Source: Eledone cirrhosa (lineage: Eukaryota). From it: a stretch of DNA of 64,000 bases. The notes beneath the pieces were generated by a model, which did not search any database, was not told the DNA's origin, and saw only the letters and a program-made list of their open reading frames with translations. Each line of letters starts with the position of its first letter. Position 1 is the first letter of the stretch. The position numbers and the translations under genes were made by a program. Below, one piece after another: positions 52,932-64,000 of this stretch. The stretch covers positions 3,596,001 to 3,660,000 of the forward strand of contig OZ024759.1 of NCBI GenBank assembly GCA_964016885.1, given 5' to 3'.

Positions 52932-53570
52932 AAATTTGTGTTCTTTTATTTTGTTTTTGATATGCTACCAAGGAGTGGGGGTTAGAGTTGTGTTTGCATT
53001 CCTGTCCAGTTGTTATATGGTTTGGATGGCTATTCTAGTAGGCAGATATGAAGCAGGAGGTGCTATTGTTGCTGACATACTAGGGATGGTAAGTAGGTTA
53101 AGGTATCAAATTACCAGAGGGGTAAGTCATCACCCCACCCCCCGTTCATATATGTTAAAGAATTTGTTCGAATAATCTACTTATTTTTTTGTTTATTTGA
53201 ACTTTGTTTATTTGTTTGAACTACATAGCTATATATCCAGGCTGTGTATTATTAGAGAAGGTGATTCTTGTGTAACTATGTAAGGATGCATTAAATGTAT
53301 AGATTTAGTCATTATGTTCAGCTCTAGGTGGAAGTTAGCATGGAACGTGTTAACTATCTAATCTAAGGAAAGTTTTAGATATTTTATGCATACAAGTATT
53401 AACTCTTTAGCATTTACATTACTCTGTAATGTATTTTCTCTGTAAAGTCTTTACCTCACATAATAATCTCACATAATATCAAATCCACAAGATTTTGATA
53501 TTATTTATTTTGAGAACAATACCTTAACAAAAGTATGAGCAGCCAGTTACGGCTGGTTTGAACAGAAAAA
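52932..53570 (+). repeat. Second copy of the ~640-bp duplication, including a truncated piggyBac-like MITE at 53403-53570
   Basis: Near identity to 46637-47275. Confidence 0.97.
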
Positions 53571-53706
53571 GCACCACCTACACTCCACTCCCACTATAAC
53601 CATGACAGCCACCTCCACTCCACTCCCACTATAACCACGACAGCCACCAACACTCCACTCCCACTATAACCATGACAACCACCTACACTCCACCACCACC
53701 ACTCAC

Positions 53707-53841
53707 CTTTACAAGTGTTATTCACATCAATATATCCATCTTTACATCCAGTCACACATTTGCCAGTCAATTGATCACATGTCTTTCTGCAGTTGTTGCA
53801 CTCTTCTTTACAATTTCTTCCATAGAATCCAGGGAGACATT
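53707..53841 (-). CDS. Exon (135 nt, phase 1-1), EGF-like repeat
   Basis: ttctag|...|gtgagt; translates to xCLPGFYGRNCKEECNNCRKTCDQLTGKCVTGCKDGYIDVNNTCK. Confidence 0.92.
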
Positions 53842-53878
53842 CTAGAAAGACAAACAATCTTAGTCATTATTTCAATCT

Positions 53879-54262
53879 AGGGCAGTGGATTGGCAGAATC
53901 GGTGGAGCATCGAACACCATGCTTTGCGGCATAAAGTTATGGCCCTTTATGATCTGAGTTCCAATCCCGCCGAGGGTAACTTTGCTTTTCATCCTTACGG
54001 GGTCTTGTGCCTATATAAGGAACCATTATTTTAATCAAGGGCGGTGGATTGGCAGTATCGTTAGAGTGTCGAACACCATGCTTTGCGGTATTGAGTTACG
54101 ACCCTTTCCATTCTGAGTTCAAAACCCGCCAAAGTTAGCTTGGCCTTTCATCCTTACGGGGTCGATAAAATAAAGTACCAGTCACACAATGGGGTCATTT
54201 AAATCGACTTTCCCCCTTCCCTTCAAATTACTGGCCTTGTGCCAACAGTAGAAACAATTATT
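53879..54262 (+). mobile_element. Two tandem tRNA-derived SINE copies, the first internally deleted
   Basis: GGGCGGTGGATTGGCAGTATCGTTAGAG...GAGTTCAAA...CTTTCATCCTTACGGGGTCGATAAAATAAAGTACCAG; at least five copies of this family occur in the window. Confidence 0.8.
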
Positions 54263-54296
54263 TCAATCTACACTTTGACAATGCTGTTTATTTTAA

Positions 54297-54934
54297 CCCT
54301 TTAGCATTTACATTACCCTGTATTTACTATTGTATTTTCATGGTAAAGGCTTTACCTCACATAATTATCTCATAACATTTACATTACTCTGTATTTACTA
54401 TTGTATTTTCATGGTAAAGGCTTTACCTCACATAATATCTCACATAACATTTACATTACTCTGTATTTACTATTGTACTTTCATGGTAAAGGCTTTACCT
54501 CACATAATTATCTCACATAACATTTACATTACCCTGTATTTACTATTGTATTTTCATGGTAAAGGCTTTACCTCACATAATATCTCACATAACATTTACA
54601 TTACTCTGTATTTACTATTGTATTTTCATGGTAAAGGCTTTACCTCACATAATTATCTCAAATAACATTTACATTACTCTGTATTTACTAATGTATTTTC
54701 ATGGTAAAGGCTTTACCTCACATAATTATCTCACATAACATTTACCTTACTCTGTATTTACTATTGTATTTTCATGGTAAAGGCTTTACCTCACATAATG
54801 TTGAATCTACAAGATTTTAATATTATTTATTTTGAGAACAAAACCTTAACATCAGTATGAGTGACCAGTTGCAGCTGATTTGAACAGAGGTTAGAGATTT
54901 CTGGCCGGATATGGCCAGTTTAAATGCTAAAGGG
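54297..54934 (+). mobile_element. piggyBac-like MITE with an internal 72/73-bp unit expanded to 7 copies
   Basis: TTAA-CCCTTTAGCATTTA...TAAATGCTAAAGGG-TTAA, with perfect 14-bp TIRs and a TTAA TSD. Confidence 0.9.
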
Positions 54935-55339
54935 TTAAACTGTTTACATTCCATTATAATTTCATGTAAGAACCTTTGTTAAGTTACATTCCAAACCACC
55001 TGAAACTGCCCCAGGTTCTATGCTACAAAATTGTTTATTCCAAAGCCTTTATATTATCTAAAAATCTTCCATCTAATTTCATGTAAGAACCTTTGTTAAG
55101 TTACATTCCAAACCACCTGAAACTGCCCTTATTCCACTTTAAGTTTACGGTTCATTTCTTTTTCATTTAGAATTGTCTCCTGCAAGAACATAGATGAAAA
55201 TGGATGAAAATGCACAAAAATTCAAACTGGTTATAATCAACAAGTAAAATCTTATTCATTTTTTTTTTTTTGGCATGGCATTGGAAAAGCATCACACTGT
55301 CTAAAAAAGTCTGTCTTAAACCAGAAGGCTTGTTAGGCC

Positions 55340-56475
55340 AATGCTTATCTCGGTTTCATGGCATGAAGCAACTTGAAGTACAAGACACCTTGCTGTGAAG
55401 GCACATGTCTTAGTGGTTAGAGCATTGGGCTTGCAATCGAAAGGTTGTGAGTTCAATTCTTGAGCAAGACACTTTATTTCACATTGCTCCAGTTTACTCA
55501 GCTGTAGAAATGAAATGATAGGACTGGGGTCCCTATCATTAAATTACTCTAGACACCTCCAACGAGATATACCTTGGAGGAGGCCAGCTAAACCTGCATA
55601 TGTGTGAGCTGTAACAACAACAACCTCGCTGGACAGGACACCAGTCCATCACAGGGTTAAACCTCCAGCTATTACTGGTACTCATTTTCAGCTATATAAT
55701 ACAATATATTTTTCGTTAGGCTGGTGCTTATCTCTGTTTCATGGCGTGAAGCGACTGGGAGTACAAGATTCCCCCCTGGACAGGACACCAGTCCATCACA
55801 GGGTTAAACTTCCAGCTATTACTGGTACTCATTTTCAGCTGAGTATACTGGAGCAATGTGAAGTGAAGTGTTTTGCTCAAGAACACAACATGTAACCCAG
55901 CCCAGGAATTGAACCCATGACATTATGATTCTAAGTCCAACACCCTTACCACTAGGCAATGCACCAAACTGTGCAACTCCTAAATATTTTTGTATCTCCT
56001 CGTGTTTGTGTTTTTGTAGTTTTTATGTCAAATGAATTCAGAGCATAATCGACATGTGATGATTTCAACTAAAACCTGTTTCCCTATAAATATGAAACAC
56101 CCTAATATATATGTATATATGTTAAAGGTATATTATAAAGAGAAAGGACCTGCTGGCTGAGCTCTTGCTCTTTATAAAATAGCCATGCTCTACTACCGCG
56201 GGCTTTGTGTTGTGTTCTTGAGCAAGACACTTTATTTCACGTTGCTCCAGTTCACTCAGCTGTGGAAATAGGTTGCGATGTCACTGGTGCCAAGCTGTAT
56301 CGGCCATTGCCTTTCCCTTGGACAATATCAGTGGCATAGAGAGGGGAGGCTGTTATGCATGGGCTACTGCTGGTCTTCCACAAAACAACCTTGCCCAGAC
56401 TTGTGCCTTGGAGGGGAACTTTCTAGACTCAAATTCTATGGTCATTCGTGACCGAAGGATCTCTTTACCTTTTAC
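55340..56475. mobile_element. Cluster of tRNA-SINE copies and fragments (+ 55397-55545; - 55627-55965; + 56195-56475)
   Basis: Shared CTTGAGCAAGACACTTTATTTCAC..GCTCCAG..ACTCAGCTG core and A/B boxes. Confidence 0.7.
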
Positions 56476-56582
56476 CCTTACTAACCCATGTATCGAATAC
56501 TCTGTTCAGTAATGGTCTAACTAGTTTTAAACTGGTTCTATCCTGATTTATGTTAAAGGTATAAAGGTATCTATATACTTAT

Positions 56583-56771
56583 GAAAGACCTCCACTTCAC
56601 ACATGCTAAGGCTAGGTCCTGACAGCAGAATTATTGTGATTTTGTTGCCCTTAACAGGACTAGAACATTGCACATCAATAACTTTTGTCTTCTCTAGATT
56701 GGAAATCTTCTCACATATTCTGTGTTTTTTGTCTTTTGATACCAACACTATTATTGAGAATTTATTTTGTG
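56583..56771 (-). CDS. Exon (189 nt, phase 1-1) encoding the C-terminal part of a galactose-binding-like/F-type-lectin-like domain; non-canonical donor
   Basis: Acceptor ttttctgcag|; translates to QNKFSIIV...ICEK...VQCSSPVKGNKITIIL...LSMCEVEVF. The L-x-x-CEVEV motif typically precedes EGF arrays. The in-phase donor reads ataagt. Confidence 0.8.
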
Positions 56772-57006
56772 CTGCAGAAAAACATGGTAAGAAAGTTAAA
56801 ACAAAAAACAAATAGCAATGGTATTTGGTGGTGATGGTGGTGAGGAGGAGGGAGATTTGGGTGAAGTTTAGTCAAAAACTGATTGGCAAACATGGGCTTG
56901 GACCAGTGCAAGATTTAGGGCACATGAAGCCCTGTGCTAGTTATGTTATGAGGCCTCTTACTCGTAAAAAATTCATCATAAAAAATTGTGCCAAATTTAG
57001 AATTAA

Positions 57007-58739
57007 CCCTTTAGCATTTAAACCGGTTGTATTCGGCCAGAATTTTCTCAACTCTTTCTATTCAAACTGGCTGTAACTGGACACTCATACTTATATTAAG
57101 GTATTGTTCTCAAGATAAATAACATCAAAATCTCATAGATTCGATATTATGTGAGATAATTATGAGGGCGGTGGATTGGCAGTATCGGTAGAGGGTCGGA
57201 CGCCATGCTTTGCTGCATAGAGTTACGGCCCTTTATGATTTGAGTTCAATCCTGCCGATGTTAACTTTGCATTTCATCCTTATGGGGTTGATAAAATAAA
57301 GTACCAGTCACTCACTGGGGTTGATTTAATCGACGTTCCCCCTACCCCAAAATTGCTGGCCTTGTGCCTATATAAAAAACCATTATGTGAGATAATTATG
57401 AGGTAAAGCCTTTACTGTGACAATACAATAGTATATATAGAGTAATGTAAATGTTGTGTGAGATATTATGTGAGGTAAAGCCTTTACTGTGACAATACAA
57501 TAGTATATATAGAGTAATGTAAATGTTATGTGAGGTATTATGTGAGGTAAAGCCTTTACTGTGACAATACAATAGTATATATAGAGTAAAGTAAATGTTA
57601 TGTGAGATATTATGTGAGGTAAAGCCTCTACTGTGACAATACAATAGTATATATAGAGTAATGTAAATGTTATGTGAGGTATTATGTGAGGTAAAGCCTT
57701 TACTGTGACAATACAATAGTATATATAGAGTAATGTAAATGTTATGTGAGATATTATGTGAGGTAAAGCCTTTACTGTGACAATACAATAGTATATATAG
57801 AGTAATGTAAATGTTATGTGAGATATTATGTGAGGTAAAGCCTCTACTGTGACAATACAATAGTATATATAGAGTAATGTAAATGTTATGTGAGATATTA
57901 TGTGAGGTAAAGCCTCTACTGTGACAATACAATAGTATATATAGAGTAATGTAAATGTTATGTGAGGTATTATGTGAGGTAAAGCCTTTACTGTGACAAT
58001 ACAATAGTATATATAGAGTAATGTAAATGTTATGTGAGATATTATGTGAGGTAAAGCCTTTACTGTGACAATACAATAGTATATATAGAGTAATGTAAAT
58101 GTTATGTGAGATATTATGTGAGGTAAAGCCTCTACTGTGACAATACAATAGTATATATAGAGTAATGTAAATGTTATGTGAGGTATTATGTGAGGTAAAG
58201 CCTTTACTGTGACAATACAATAGTATATATAGAGTAATCTAAATGTTATGTGAGGTATTATGTGAGGTAAAGCCTTTACTGTGACAATACAATAGTATAT
58301 ATAGAGTAATCTAAATGTTATGTGAGGTATTATGTGAGGTAAAGCCTTTACTGTGACAATACAATAGTATATATAGAGTAATCTAAATGTTATGTGAGGT
58401 ATTATGTGAGGTAAAGCCTCTACTGTGACAATACAATAGTATATATAGAGTAATGTAAATGTTATGTGAGATATTATGTGAGGTAAAGCCTTTACTGTGA
58501 AAATACAATAGTATATATAGAGTAATGTAAATGTTATGTGAGATATTATGTGAGGTAAAGCCTTTACTGTGACAATACAATAGTATATATAGAGTAATGT
58601 AAATGTTATGTGAGGTATTATGTGAGGTAAAGCCTTTACTGTGACAATACAATAGTATATATAGAGTAATCTAAATGTTATGTGAGGTATTATGTGAGGT
58701 AAAGCCTTTACTGTGAAAATACAATAGTATATATAGAGT
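57007..58739 (-). mobile_element. Inverted piggyBac-like MITE copy with a SINE insertion and ~19 tandem 72-bp units, interrupted by the Tx1 LINE
   Basis: TTAA-CCCTTTAGCATTTAAACCGG start; the unit is the reverse complement of the 54.3-54.8 kb unit, with fixed differences. Confidence 0.88.
57167..57381 (+). mobile_element. SINE insertion with a 21-22-bp target site duplication
   Basis: ATTATGTGAGATAATTATGAG occurs at 57146-57166 and 57382-57402. Confidence 0.88.
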
Positions 58740-58976
58740 GGTTTCTTTATTTGCCACTAGGGCACAAAAGGTAGGGACAGATACAAGGGGGGAAGTTTAC
58801 ATATAATTAACGAGTACAAAAATATAACAATGAAATAACAACAACAAACGAAGTCCTCAATAGGGAGGGGGCATTAACATGGGTCGCACACACCCCGGAA
58901 AAAATGTGCAACCCTTCTCCTCAGGAGCACAAAGAGTAGGTGCTTCCCTCGTCTCCTCTTTTTCCTGTTCTTTCAC

Positions 58977-61900
58977 CTACAGGCTGATATAGAGAGAAGA
59001 CCCATTCACTCTGGCCATTCTCCCTACTTTCACCCACCTTTCATAAAACTTGCTGGGGTAGAGCACCTCTCTCTCCATTCTGATCCTTCTTTTAAAATGG
59101 TATTTGAAAAAGAGGACCAGTTGTTGGCCGGAGAGAAAGGTGTCTGACCTCAGCCCTTTCAGCCTCGTCCACCATACAACTTCTTTAGCCATGGCTATCA
59201 CACAGAGAAAAACCGCCTCTCCTTCGTTTTTGAAAGGGGGAGGCGCTTTGATCGTGACAATGGACTCGGTGGTCAACCGGATTGGTTCCACCCTCAACAG
59301 TAGTCGTTCCACATAGCCCCACAGGTCAGCAATGCCTGGGCAGTGTACGAATGCGTGCGCAACGGTTTCGTCATCATGCACGCATCTCGGACAGATCTTA
59401 TTCAAAGGATCTCTACCTAGGCTCCCATGCCTGTGGAGCTTGTCTCGAACGGGTAGAGCCCCTCGGTAGCACTGCCAAGCCAGGGACTTTTGGAAGTTGT
59501 CCATCGGTCCAGGGCCAAACGTCCTACCGAACAGACTGGCCAGTTCATCTTCCTCTATGCCTAGAGCTTCTCCGAGAGCATCGTCGCACCTGCTGCGTAC
59601 CAACCCTCTATAGAATGTCGAGGTGGAGTCTCCACTGATTGCCGGGTCCGCTTTCCAGAGGGCCGTGAGCGCCTGGGCACATTCAATGTGCCAGTCGCCC
59701 ACTTTTCTCGGTCTTTGCTTGACCCAGGATTGCAGCTCGGTGAGCGAGACGAGTCTGGGAAAGGCTCGCCTCACAAACGGGGCCCACACCGGTTGACCGG
59801 TGAGGAATACCTGGAGGTGCCGTAGCCTTAATGCGTATTTACGCATCTGTAGCCACGGCATCCCCAGCCCTCCTTTCGAAGGGTGTTGACAGCAGATGGA
59901 TCTCCTCACCAAAGGGGTCCGCTTGTTCCAAAGAAATTGGAACAGCGCGCACTCCATTTTGGCGAGTCTTTTCACTGGGCAAGGCACGACGGTCAAGCGG
60001 TAGTAGATGACGGATGCTATATAAGTATTCGCCACCTCCGCTCGACCTTTCAGGGATAGTTTGCACTGGGCCCACTTCTGGGTGAGTGCAAACAGCCTGG
60101 CCGTTACCTCGTTCCAGTTTTTCTCCACCTGGAGGTCTGGTCCGAACCAGACCCCAAGCAGCTTCACCGGGCCCTCCGTCCAGCGTCCGAGGACGTCGTT
60201 GGAGGGCATCGGTTTGCCTCTCCATGTTCCGAGTTGCAAACCGACGGACTTGTCCCGGTTCAGCTTGGCTCCTGTAAACCTTTCATATTCCTCCAGTAAG
60301 GTGCCGATCTCACCGATTTGCGAGGTTTTCGACACCATTACTGTCACGTCATCGGCGTAGGCCGACGCCGCTTTCTGCAATCCCGGTTCCAAAGGGATGC
60401 CCTGCAACCGCTCCAACTTCCGCAGTAGTGGCTCAAGAGCCAGCACATACAGTAGGGAGGAGAGAGGGTATCCCTGTTGGATGGATCGCATGATTTGGAA
60501 TGGCTCCGAGAGGTGGCCGTTCACCTTGACCCTTGAGCAGACGTTGCTGCTGTGCATCGCAGCAATCCAACCCCTGAAAACGGGTCCGAAGCCTGCCGCC
60601 GCGAGCACCGCATCCAGGTAACGATGGTCAACCCTATCGAAAGCTTTAGATTGATCCAAGTTGATCAGGGCCCCACCCCAAAGCCGGTTTCATTCCCTAC
60701 CCTCTCTATGATGTATCGCATAAGGTGGAGATTGTCGTGAATGGACCTGGACGGGATTGTGCATGTCTGCGCTTCTCCCACCAGGTTTCCAACGACAAGC
60801 GCCAACCTCTTCGCTAACACCTTGGCCAAAATCTTTAACTCTGTATTTAGCAGAGTTATGGGCCTGAAGTTATTTATGTCATCCCCCTTGTTCTCATCCT
60901 TCCTCACCAGCGTAACTACGCCCTTGGTCACAGAACTGGGAATTCTCCCGTTCTGCTGCCAGTTGCAGTAGACAGCTTCGAAGATATCGGAGAACAAGTC
61001 CGGCATCGCTACATATAGCTCGTATGGTAGACCATCGAGACCCGGGGATTTGCGTTTGCTGCATTGGCTCAGCGCCGCCCCTATCTCAGCAGCTGAAATC
61101 GTCCTTTCGCAGGACTTCGCCTCCGCGTCCGAGAGGCGCGGCAGACCGTCGAGGTATGGATTGAAATCCATAGTCTCACCCGGCGCGCCGCCCCTCTCGA
61201 ACAGTCATGCAAAGTGCCACTGAAAGGCCGCACACATCTGCCCAGGTTCAAGGATCACACGCCCATCCTGGTCCTTCAAAGACCGAATCGTGGACTTGTT
61301 ACCACTTTTTGCCTCTGTCACTCGGGCCCAGCTCACAGCTTTGGCTCCCTCATTACCCAGAGCACGTATTTTACTCCTGACAACGCAGCCTTCATGCTTC
61401 ACCTCAAAGAACTGGTCTAAGGCCATTCTTGATGCCAGCACGCCGGCTACATTGCCACTCCTAATCGCCTCATCTACTCTATCTACTAATTCCCTTTCCG
61501 TCTTGTTCCTATCCCTTGCTAATTCCTGACTAAAACCTATCGATTCTATTCTAATTGCTCTCTTAAGAGAGATTCACCACCTGTTGTTGACAATTGCCCC
61601 TGTCAAACTCTGCTTAACTAACGTGCTAATCCGTTTACTGTAAGCTTTGCTTCTCGGTAAGGACAAGTTCAGCTTCCAGTAACCGGGTCCCTGTCTATGG
61701 GTTCTATCAAGGTTGGCTATGCAGGTCACTAACTTGTGATCCGAATAGTCAACCATGAACATTTTTGGACAGCTAAATGTGTCCCTATCCTTCTCTCTAA
61801 CTAGGACCCTATCTAGGTACGACCTAGATGTTCCACTGCGATTGGTCCACGTCCATAGTGGTACAGTCGGAAAATCTAGTCGATATCTATCGGCCAGGTC

Positions 61901-62424
61901 AAATCGGCCGATTAACCTTTTGAGGCTTTTACACCCCCCTCTATTGGCACATGCCCCTACATAGTCCCAACGTGCATCCAGGATACCATTCCAGTCCCCC
62001 ACTAAAAGCAAGGAGCGGGACGTTCCCAGAAAAGTTTCCAGACGTTGGAAGTATTCCGGCCGCGCTGCCCAAAAAGGGGCGTACACAGCTATTAGTCTAA
62101 GGGCTCCACTTTCACTACTGCCGACGTCTAAAACCACCAGTCGACCCTCCGGGTCCAGGTGCACCTTCTGTATGGCGAGGCCCAGGTGTTTTCGCAGCAG
62201 AACAACAACTCCACCCCCACCCCCCCCCCACCCGGTTGACAGAGAGATGCGAAGATCTCAAAGTCGTCGAAGAGGGGCGCCAGTTGGTGCTCGCTGCTGA
62301 TCCTGGACTCGCAAATAGCCATTACATCCATTCTATGCGACCTGAGATCGTTTAAAAGTTTGCCTTGTTTCCAAGACAGTCCCAGGCCGCGTACATTCAG
62401 ACACCCAACTCTTATATCAGCCAT
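58977..62424 (-). pseudogene. ORF2 (APE endonuclease-reverse transcriptase-zinc finger), disrupted
   Basis: Motifs CLNVRGL, VYAP, VGDWN, SYLDR, SDHK, KSPGLDGLP, FRPITLLN, DQSKAFDRVDH, QGYPLS, YADD and CPRC..ETVAHAFVHC. In-frame TGA stops at 61574 and 61205; frameshifts near 62215 and 60670. Confidence 0.92.
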
Positions 62425-62445
62425 GTTGGTTAAAAGAGGAAGGAC

Positions 62446-63806
62446 CTACCTGTTCGGCTCCTGAGGAGCAGGTTGCACAATATCCATGGGCGTATTGGAG
62501 GGGTTGTTTGGTGGGGTGTTGTTCTGTGGTGGAGTGGGGGTGTTTGGTGAGGTGTGGGTGGGGAAACGTTTCAAGAGGACGCGGTTATAGGGTCGAGTAC
62601 ATGTTTTCCCCACGTCCTCAGGAAAGTTCTCTCTTAGTTTTGCATAGGTGTCCATTGGGAGTCTTATCATTTTTAAATGCGGTTTGTTGGCCGCGCTTGC
62701 AAAGAATTGCCCTTCAGTTTCCACCGAAGGGTCTTTGTGTATTGTTTTTACTAGTTCTTTGTTATTTGTGTTAATGTATGTATACTGTTTTATTTGTGTT
62801 GTGTTTGTTTGTTGTTCTTGTGTGTGCTTACGTTTTGTTGTATGTGTTATGTTTTGGGGTGGGGCGGATTTTGTTTGTTCTGTTTGTTTTGTTTTTGTTG
62901 GTGGTTGTGTGTTTGTTTCGTTTATGTTCGAGTGGTGCTTTCTTTTTTTCCTTTTTACAGGTTGGAAGGGTTCCTCTTCTTCGTCACTAGGTGCCGTTTC
63001 AGCTGGGTCCTCGTCCGTGTTGTCGGGTAGTGGTGTATTTTGGGGTTTTGTTGTATTTGTGTGTGTTTTGGGAGTTGTTTTGGGTGGGGCCGTGTCTTGT
63101 GTTATTTTTCCGTGTTGTTTTTGTTGTTGTTGTGGTGGTGGCGGTGGTGGTGTGTGGGGTGTAGGCAAAAGAGCCTTTTTTTTGTCAATTGAGGACAAGC
63201 AGCCCTTAGATGACCCCTGCTTGAACAGTAGTAACATATGGGCCTCCTACCCTCGGCTGAAATGTATATAAATGTTTCTCCATCGAGGGACACCCTCTGT
63301 GGTATTCTAGCTATTCGTTCTGATCTCATTTGGACCAGAACCTCCACGCTCAAACCGCCGAAAACGTCTGTGGTGACTTCTCCTACTGAGAGGATTCCGT
63401 CCTCGTCTTCTAAAAATCCTGTTAGTACCCAGGAAATGCATGCATTTGGCCGGATTCCGGAGACCCTTATCTTCTGCGTTCTTTTCCCTAAATATGTGGG
63501 GAAAAATGTATGTAGCTTGGAAACAATTGGCGCCACAGAGTATTTCCTGGCCGTCAATTGATCCTTCATTAGGACCGTTATATTCCCATAGAGTGGCCCT
63601 TTTTGTATGAACGATATATCACTCCACACATTTTTTAGGACCAGCTCAATCTCTTTTTGGGATAATTGAGCTGGTTTCCTTGTTATGTTGGAAATTGTTC
63701 TGAAAGATATCGTTCTTAGCGTCGTGTCTCTTTTGATTTCTTGTGGGGAGGTGATTGTGAAGTCTCCTCCTTCTTTGAAAGTTACATACTGTTTCGCTTC
63801 CTTCAT
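62446..63806 (-). pseudogene. ORF1 (gag-like, zinc knuckle), frameshifted
   Basis: CYYCSSRGHLRAAC is a CX2CX4HX4C knuckle. The frame switches at the T-run 63176-63183 into a Pro/Thr/Lys-rich tail, which stops 21 nt before the ORF2 ATG. Confidence 0.82.
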
Positions 63807-64000
63807 CTTTTCTCTCAGAGTTGTAATGTCCAGTTGCTTGCAGGTTTGTGTTTTCCGGACCGCCTGTGCAAAGGAGGCACCAGTAGTGGGTTCGCTTTGT
63901 TTGGTGTTATCGTTATTTTTTCCTTGGTTGGTGTTGTGACTATTGCTGTTATTGTCGTTGTTGTTTTTGTCTGCGTTTATGTGACTTTCTGGGTTTTCAC

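Larger units (their letters stand above)
58740..64000 (-). mobile_element. Tx1/L1-group non-LTR retrotransposon, near full length, decayed; the 5' end is probably outside the window
   Basis: ORF1 has a CCHC knuckle and ORF2 has APE, RT and a C-terminal zinc finger. The 3' end reads AATAAAGAAACC with no poly(A). Confidence 0.93.

Noticed and set aside
38636-58739. Tandem arrays (24, 65, 51 and 72 bp) as CRISPR arrays
   Set aside because: The units are head-to-tail with no unique spacers, there are no cas genes, and the context is eukaryotic with spliceosomal introns.

Overview
Repeat-dominated eukaryotic DNA. The AT-rich microsatellite load, tRNA-SINE families and RTE/Tx1 LINEs suggest a mollusc, probably an octopod cephalopod; this is an inference. 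Bases 1-36184 are one 15/17-bp satellite (TCTACAGTGTCTG[TG]TG) with kb-scale higher-order duplications, and all ORFs called there are spurious. The satellite ends directly against a truncated RTE-clade endonuclease ORF. From 37 to 58.7 kb is a mosaic of minisatellites, SINEs, MITEs (piggyBac-like TTAA, hAT, Tc1/mariner) and LINE fragments. This region holds five phase-1 exons of a minus-strand gene: one lectin/galactose-binding-like exon and four EGF-like exons. From 58740 to the window end is a long, decayed Tx1/L1-group retrotransposon. Main findings: (1) six type-I hammerhead ribozyme motifs of three sequence families, five canonical and one GUG variant, mostly in inverted 3'-ends-outward arrangements typical of Penelope-like element termini or retrozymes, with a compensatory stem change between two copies; (2) an otherwise intact exon whose phase-compatible donor is ATAAGT instead of GTAAGT, flanked by inverted repeats, so possibly A-to-I dependent or mutated; (3) a Tx1-type LINE inserted into the internal tandem array of a TTAA MITE, paralleling Xenopus Tx1L/Tx1D.
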